Below, in pieces: positions 55,396 through 60,056 of a stretch of 60,056 bases of DNA (position 1 is the first letter of the stretch; every line of letters starts with the position of its first letter). Under the pieces are notes generated by a model. The model ran no database searches, had not been told where the DNA came from, and saw only the letters and a program-made list of their open reading frames with translations. Source of the DNA: Acidimicrobiales bacterium (lineage in GTDB: Bacteria > Actinomycetota > Acidimicrobiia > Acidimicrobiales > JAUTXP01); the NCBI GenBank assembly GCA_035651095.1, contig DASRGI010000089.1, positions 1 to 60,056 of the forward strand, written 5' to 3'. Both the position numbers and the translations under genes were made by a program.

Positions 55396-55456
55396 CTCTC
55401 CATAGTGGCAAACCGGGCAGGGCAGGTGGCGCGCGCCCGGTCGTAGAGTCGCCGCC

Positions 55457-56776
55457 GTGCCTGCTGACGACGTGCTGACCTTGGCGGACAAGCTCTGGCG
55501 GGGCGAGATCGAGATCGGCGTGGGACCGGGGCGGCATCATCCCTTCGGGCACGACGGCCGACTGGCCGAGATCGGCGACGGTGCCGATCACGGCGTGGCC
55601 TTCGTGCCGTCCTTCGCCAACGTCTCCGCCTTCGCCACGGGCGACGGTCTGGTGTTGGTCGACACCGGCAGCGCCCCGCTGGCCCGCATCGTGCACGGCC
55701 TGGTGCGCGGGTGGTCGACCCTCCCATTGCACACAGCCGTGTACTCGCACGGCCACATCGACCACGTGTTCGGCGTGCCCGTCTTCGAGGAGGAGGCGGC
55801 GGCGCAGGGATGGCGGGCGCCCCGGGTGGTGGCCCACGAGGCGCTGCCCGCTCGCTTCGACCGGTACGTCCTCACCCACGGGTACAACGAGGTCGTCAAC
55901 CGGCGCCAGTTCCAGCTGCCCGAGCTGCGCTGGCCCACCGAGTACCGCTACCCGGACGAGACGTACCGGGACGTGCTGCCACTCGATGTCGGCGGCGTGC
56001 GCTTCGAGCTCCACCACGCCAAGGGGGAGACCGACGACCACACGTGGACGTGGATCCCCGAGCGGCGGGTGCTGTGCTGCGGCGATCTCTTCATCTGGGC
56101 CTCACCCAATGCCGGCAATCCCCAGAAGGTGCAGCGGTACCCGAGGGAGTGGGCCCAGGCGTTGCGGGAGATGGCCGGGCTGGGTGCGGAGGTGCTGCTG
56201 CCCGGGCACGGCTTCCCGGTGGTGGGCGCCGCCCGGGTGCGCCAGGCGTTGGACGACACGGCCACGTTGTTGGAGTCGTTGGTCGACCAGACCCTGGCCA
56301 TGATGAACGCCGGGGCCCGGCTGGACGAGATCGTGCACTCGGTGCGGGCGCCGGCCCCGTTGTTGGAGCGCCCGTACCTGCGGCCGATCTATGACGAGCC
56401 CGAGTTCGTGGTCCGCAACATCTGGCGGTTGTACGGCGGTTGGTACGACGGCAACCCGGCCACGTTGAAGCCGGCGCCCGACGCCGCCGTGGCGCGGGAG
56501 GTGGCCGCCCTGGCGGGGGGTGCGGAGGCGCTGGCCAGGCGGGGCCTGGCTGTGGCCGACGGGCCGGGCGACGGACCAGGTGGCCTGCGGCTGGCGGCCC
56601 AGTTGGTGGAGTGGGCGGCCCTGGCCGACCCGTCGAGCGCGTTCGTGCAGCGGGCCCGGGCCGACGTGTACGGGCGGCGGGCCGAGGCCGAGGCGTCGAC
56701 CATGGCGCGCGGCGTGTTCTCGTGGGCCGCGTCGGAGTCCCGGCGCGCCGCGGGCGACCCGCCCGACCCGGCGTAG
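55457..56776 (+). CDS. MBL-fold alkyl/aryl-sulfatase-like hydrolase (no SCP2 tail)
   Basis: 439 aa. ..LVDTGS.., YSHGHIDHVFG (HxHxDH), ..HAKGETDDH.., ..LLPGHG.., followed by the helical dimerisation-type domain ..YDEPEFVVRNIWRLYGGWYDGNP... Confidence 0.7.
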   Translation: MPADDVLTLADKLWRGEIEIGVGPGRHHPFGHDGRLAEIGDGADHGVAFVPSFANVSAFATGDGLVLVDTGSAPLARIVHGLVRGWSTLPLHTAVYSHGHIDHVFGVPVFEEEAAAQGWRAPRVVAHEALPARFDRYVLTHGYNEVVNRRQFQLPELRWPTEYRYPDETYRDVLPLDVGGVRFELHHAKGETDDHTWTWIPERRVLCCGDLFIWASPNAGNPQKVQRYPREWAQALREMAGLGAEVLLPGHGFPVVGAARVRQALDDTATLLESLVDQTLAMMNAGARLDEIVHSVRAPAPLLERPYLRPIYDEPEFVVRNIWRLYGGWYDGNPATLKPAPDAAVAREVAALAGGAEALARRGLAVADGPGDGPGGLRLAAQLVEWAALADPSSAFVQRARADVYGRRAEAEASTMARGVFSWAASESRRAAGDPPDPA

Positions 56777-56814
56777 CCGCCGGCCCGCCCGCCCGACCCG
56801 GCGTAGCCGCCGGC
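56761..56814 (+). repeat. 30-bp tandem duplication copying the last codons plus the stop of the sulfatase-like gene
   Basis: gcccgacccggcgtagccgccggc occurs at 56761 and 56791. The reading is ..PPDPA* PPARPPDPA* (TAG at 56774-56776 and, in frame, at 56804-56806). Confidence 0.9.
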
Positions 56815-56836
56815 GGCCCTCTACGCTTCTGCGTTC

Positions 56837-57163
56837 GTGGAATACGAGTATGTCGACGATCCCCATGCCGAGCTGGTTCGCAAGGTGGCATGGCTCAAAT
56901 GGGGCTCGATCATCGAGACCGTGTCCTACCTCTTGCTGCTCACGTTCTGGCTGTCGGGGCACGACCTGCTCACGGCCATGGTCGGATCGCTGCACGGCAT
57001 GATCTGGATGGGGTTCGTGGGCATGCTCGTCGGCCTGCGGGTGCCCATGCGCTGGACGTGGACGTGGGTGGCGCTGGCTGTCGTCACCGGCCCCATCGGT
57101 GCGGTGCTGGTGTACGAGCGCATCCGCCGCCAGGGCGTGCCCGAGGACGCCACCGCCCGGTAA
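56837..57163 (+). CDS. DUF3817-like small membrane protein
   Basis: 108 aa, 3 TM helices. ..GSLHGMIWMGFV.. and ..TGPIGAVLVYERI... The family name is from memory. Confidence 0.5.
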   Translation: MEYEYVDDPHAELVRKVAWLKWGSIIETVSYLLLLTFWLSGHDLLTAMVGSLHGMIWMGFVGMLVGLRVPMRWTWTWVALAVVTGPIGAVLVYERIRRQGVPEDATAR

Positions 57164-57550
57164 CGACCAACCTGCAGTACAGCTCGCCGCCGGGCCCTCG
57201 CTGGAGCGCCGCCGCGGGAGGGCCGGCGAAGCTGCGCGGGTGGACCCGGCGACGAGTTCTATGGGTGCAACGACTGTGGCCCCCCTGTCGGTTGACGGGG
57301 GCGGGCCGGGGCCCGCCCCCGATTCGCCCGGGGCTGGCGTCCGGGCTTCACTAGGGAGTACGCCCGAGACGCGGGAATGTGTCGACTATTCGTCGCCTTT
57401 TCGGCAAGACCCGCCGATCGGCAGTGACTCGCAGTTTCGAACCCCAGCTCCCCCGGCGTTTCGCTGCAACCCGGCGCTCTCGACGGCCGTCAGTGGCAAC
57501 CGAACGATCAGGCGGGTAGCGACGCAGCCGGTAGCGTGCGGGGCGAACGG

Positions 57551-57623
57551 GGCCCCGTAGCTCAGGGGATAGAGCGTCGGTTTCCTAAACCGTGCGTCGC
57601 AGGTTCGAATCCTGCCGGGGCCG
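57551..57623 (+). tRNA. tRNA-Arg (anticodon CCT)
   Basis: GGCCCCG TA GCTC AGGGGATA GAGC G TCGGT TTCCTAA ACCGT GCGTC GCAGG TTCGAAT CCTGC CGGGGCC G. There is one T-T mismatch at the top of the anticodon stem, and CCA is not encoded. Confidence 0.9.
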
Positions 57624-57704
57624 CAAAACTGCAGATCCGCAAAACCGCACGACTACGCGGTCGCGTGGTGTCGGGGCCGGTCGCGGGCGGGCACGTTGTC
57701 GGGT

Positions 57705-58154
57705 ATGCCGGTCATGGGCGTGGCCCAGTTCGAACGGTTCTTTCGCGTCGCCGCCGACCTGGACATCGACAAGAGCGACCTGAAGCGCTACGACGACTTC
57801 GTCTTCGGGAAGCTGTCCGACCTGCTCATCCGGGGCGAGGCCAACGCCAAGGCCAACCTGCGGGACATCATCGAGCCGTGGGACCTGCCCATCACCAAGG
57901 GGCTGCAGGAGCGCATCCACGAGTTCCGGCGGCTCGACGAGGAATCCGGGGTCGAGCCGTTCATCGAGCGCATCGCCGACCGGCCCGCCCTGGAGCTGGG
58001 GCTGAGTGAGGAGACGCAGGAGCGCCTCCCCGACATCGCAGGAGGGTTGAGCGTGGCCTTGGCCCGCGCCTTCCCCCTCCTCGATCCCAACGTCAAGAAC
58101 CCGCAGACGAAACAGTGGGAGCGGGCCTTCCAACTGTTCCGTCTGCTCCTCTGA
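57705..58154 (+). CDS. DUF1931-like (histone-fold-like) small cytoplasmic protein
   Basis: MPVMGVAQFERFFRVAADLDIDKSDLKRYDDFV.. matches my memory of DUF1931 N-termini. ATG at 57705; the track start at 57696 is TTG. Confidence 0.5.
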   Translation: MPVMGVAQFERFFRVAADLDIDKSDLKRYDDFVFGKLSDLLIRGEANAKANLRDIIEPWDLPITKGLQERIHEFRRLDEESGVEPFIERIADRPALELGLSEETQERLPDIAGGLSVALARAFPLLDPNVKNPQTKQWERAFQLFRLLL

Positions 58155-58155
58155 A

Positions 58156-60056
58156 CTAGGCGGCGGCCATCCCCGTCATGGGCGCCTTGAGGCGCATGTC
58201 GCCGGTGGAGCCGTGGAACCCGCCGTCGCCGTAGGTGAACACACCGCCGTCCGAGCCCACCAGCCAGTACCCGCTGCCGGTGTCGGTGGTGGCCATGCCC
58301 ACGATGGGCGCCCGCAGCTTCTGACCGGCGGCGCCGCCCCTGTAGGGAGCGTTGCCGTAGGTGAACACGCCGCCGTCCGACCCCACCAGCCAGTACCCGC
58401 CGCCGTCCGGTGTGCCTGCCATACCGACGATGGGCGCCCGCAGCTTCTGGCCGGCGGCGCCGCCCCTGTAGACGGCGTCACCGAAGGCGAACACCCCGCC
58501 GTCGGCGGCGACCAGCCAGTAGCCCCGGCCGGTGGCCGACGATGCCATGCCGGCGATGGGCGCCTGCAGCTTCGAGCCCACGGCGGACCCGTGGAACTTG
58601 GCGTCGCCGAAGGCGAACACGCCGCCATCCCGAGCCACCATCCAATACCCCCGGCCCGTGGGCGTGGCGGTCATGCTCACGATGGGCGCGTTCAGGTGCA
58701 GGCCGCCAAGGGAACCCAAGAACTTGGCGTCGCCGAAGGCGAACACCCCGCCGTCCGACCCCACCAGCCAGTACCCGCTGCCGCTGGGCGTGCCCGCCAT
58801 GCCCACGATGGGAGCGGCCAGCTTGATGCCGCCCAGCGAGCCCCGGTAGGCGGCGTCACCGAAGGCGAACACCCCGCCGTCCGACGCGGCCAGGCGGTAC
58901 CCCTCGGGCCCTCCGTTGGTGCCCGGCGTGGGCGCCGGCGCCGGCGTGGACCCGCCGCCGCCCGTCCCGCCGCCCGTGCCGCCGCCCGTGCCGCCGCCCG
59001 TGGTAGTGGGCGCCGGCGTGCACAGCCCGGTACCCGCGGCCTTGTCGGCGTCGGTGGGCGTGGAGTTGGTGGGCACGGCCGCCAGGTTCACGTTGGACCC
59101 GCCCGCTGACAGGGGCGGGTAGGGGCCGACCGTGGGATGCGGGCCGGCCCAATCCGGGGCGGCGCCCACGGGAAGGGCGAAGCCGGACGGCGTGGTCGTG
59201 GCGTCGTACGCGACCCGCAGCGTCTGGCCCCCGTTGATGAACGGCGCCGACACCTGGATGAGCAGGCTGTTGGCGGCCGTCCCGTGCACGGGCACCTTGG
59301 TGAGCACCTCGGTGGGCGTGTTCGACAGCCCGATGAGGTTGGCCCGGGCCGAGCCGATGAGCGTGCCCGTGAGCGTGTTCGGGTCCTGGTCGGCGAAGAC
59401 CTGGATGTCGACCACACCGTTGGGCGCCAGCGCACTCGGGTCGCTCATGCTCCACCACCAGTCGAAGATGACGTCGCCGTCGATGGTGAGGTTGCTGACC
59501 GATGCCTTCCAGAAGACGGCCAGCGGGTTGCCGGCCAGGTCGGTATTGGCGAAGGGCGCCGTGGTCTGGACCACCGGGACCGTGCCCGTGGGCTGGTTCT
59601 GGTCGAAGGTGGCCGTGTAGGGCGGGCCGATCACCCGGTTGGCCTGGTCGTCGGGCGTGCCGTGGAACCAGTAGGGCGTGGTGGGTTGGGGGGGCGGCGG
59701 GAAGAACCACTGGTACCCGGCGCCCCTGTTGTCGTCGGTGGTGGTGGCTCCGTTGCACCCGGCCGAGCGCACCCCGAACTCGTAGTCCTGACTGGGGTCG
59801 ATGCCCTGCACCTGGACCTGGTGGTTCATGGTGCGAGCGGGCGAGCCCACCTGCGTCCACGCCGTGTCGCCCTTGCGCCGGAACAGCACCAGCGAGTCGG
59901 ACAGCACGTCGGTGCGCCAGTTGACGGTCATCGTCCCCGCGGTGGCGCCCGGGTGGATGCCGATGCCGCTGATGACGGGCGCCGCCGCGTTGGGGTCGCA
60001 CGGCGTGAACGGCGGCTGGGTCGTCGACGTCGACGTGGTGATGATCAGCTTGGGCC
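58156..60056 (-). CDS. secreted FN3-like/unknown-domain protein with the same six-unit ~42-aa C-terminal repeat module (5' end outside window)
   Basis: The frame stays open upstream of the track start (59931) to the window edge (..PKLIITTSTSTTQPPFTPCDPNAAAPVISGIGIHPGATAGTMTVNWRTD..). A Gly-rich linker is followed by 6 x GYWLVGSDGGVFAFGDA.F.GS.GG.KL.APIVGMA (58159-58902). Confidence 0.7.
   Translation of the reverse strand, partial: PKLIITTSTSTTQPPFTPCDPNAAAPVISGIGIHPGATAGTMTVNWRTDVLSDSLVLFRRKGDTAWTQVGSPARTMNHQVQVQGIDPSQDYEFGVRSAGCNGATTTDDNRGAGYQWFFPPPPQPTTPYWFHGTPDDQANRVIGPPYTATFDQNQPTGTVPVVQTTAPFANTDLAGNPLAVFWKASVSNLTIDGDVIFDWWWSMSDPSALAPNGVVDIQVFADQDPNTLTGTLIGSARANLIGLSNTPTEVLTKVPVHGTAANSLLIQVSAPFINGGQTLRVAYDATTTPSGFALPVGAAPDWAGPHPTVGPYPPLSAGGSNVNLAAVPTNSTPTDADKAAGTGLCTPAPTTTGGGTGGGTGGGTGGGGSTPAPAPTPGTNGGPEGYRLAASDGGVFAFGDAAYRGSLGGIKLAAPIVGMAGTPSGSGYWLVGSDGGVFAFGDAKFLGSLGGLHLNAPIVSMTATPTGRGYWMVARDGGVFAFGDAKFHGSAVGSKLQAPIAGMASSATGRGYWLVAADGGVFAFGDAVYRGGAAGQKLRAPIVGMAGTPDGGGYWLVGSDGGVFTYGNAPYRGGAAGQKLRAPIVGMATTDTGSGYWLVGSDGGVFTYGDGGFHGSTGDMRLKAPMTGMAAA

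Noticed and set aside
57099-58009. Track ORFs 57099-57560 and 57536-58009 overlapping tRNA-Arg.
   Set aside because: They read through a canonical tRNA and have low-complexity Arg/Pro/Gly composition. The tRNA and the DUF1931-like gene explain the region.
57551-58160. Integrated mobile element at tRNA-Arg(CCU).
   Set aside because: There is no integrase, excisionase, transposase or direct repeat of the tRNA 3' end downstream. The neighbouring genes look like ordinary chromosomal genes.

Overview
Very GC-rich bacterial chromosomal window (GC content judged by eye, not computed). Gene content and the habitual 4-nt GTGA/ATGA stop-start overlaps suggest Actinomycetota, possibly an Acidimicrobiia-like lineage; that taxonomy is inference. 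I can support about 60 protein genes, two tRNA loci, one TPP riboswitch and several short tandem repeats. Gene content in order:
- TetR fragment, citrate synthase, a VOC protein.
- A chain of tesB, two PQQ-type sugar dehydrogenase lipoproteins and a lytic transglycosylase.
- GtrA and cobT, then an Lnt-like protein.
- A split NHEJ set (ligase, Ku, polymerase).
- Heme genes hemE-hemH-hemY.
- An S8 peptidase with a histidine kinase and a CheY-like regulator, then HelD.
- A FliA/WhiG-type sigma with an atypical LuxR regulator and a FlgN-like gene.
- pdxH, a rhodanese, a crotonase, qcrB.
- A translationally coupled qcrC-qcrA-ctaC-ctaD-ctaE-ctaG operon.
- A selenocysteine (in-frame TGA) formate dehydrogenase-N-like operon, then an LLM oxidoreductase.
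- An ECF sigma with a putative anti-sigma, an S53 peptidase, an HD-GYP protein.
- A tryptophan-dioxygenase-like plus arginyl-tRNA-synthetase-like pair.
- TPP riboswitch-thiC, an esterase, an amidase, an MBL sulfatase-like protein, tRNA-Arg(CCU), and a second repeat protein.
I saw no CRISPR array, transposase, integrase, prophage or recognisable defence island.
Most unusual observations:
1. A perfect tRNA-Thr(UGU) is split by a 164-nt structured insertion at the D-arm/anticodon-arm junction. It sits directly upstream of, and co-oriented with, the dioxygenase-like/ArgRS-like gene pair.
2. Short tandem duplications copy the last codons plus the stop codon of four genes. Three of the four are in frame.
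3. An (G/A)TRWS x11 tail on the S8 peptidase.
4. A shared six-unit ~41-aa repeat module on two secreted proteins.
5. A recurring 19-nt palindromic intergenic element.
6. An Lnt-like protein whose nucleophile Cys is Ser.
All family assignments come from reading motifs by eye and from memory of the families. No database search was run.
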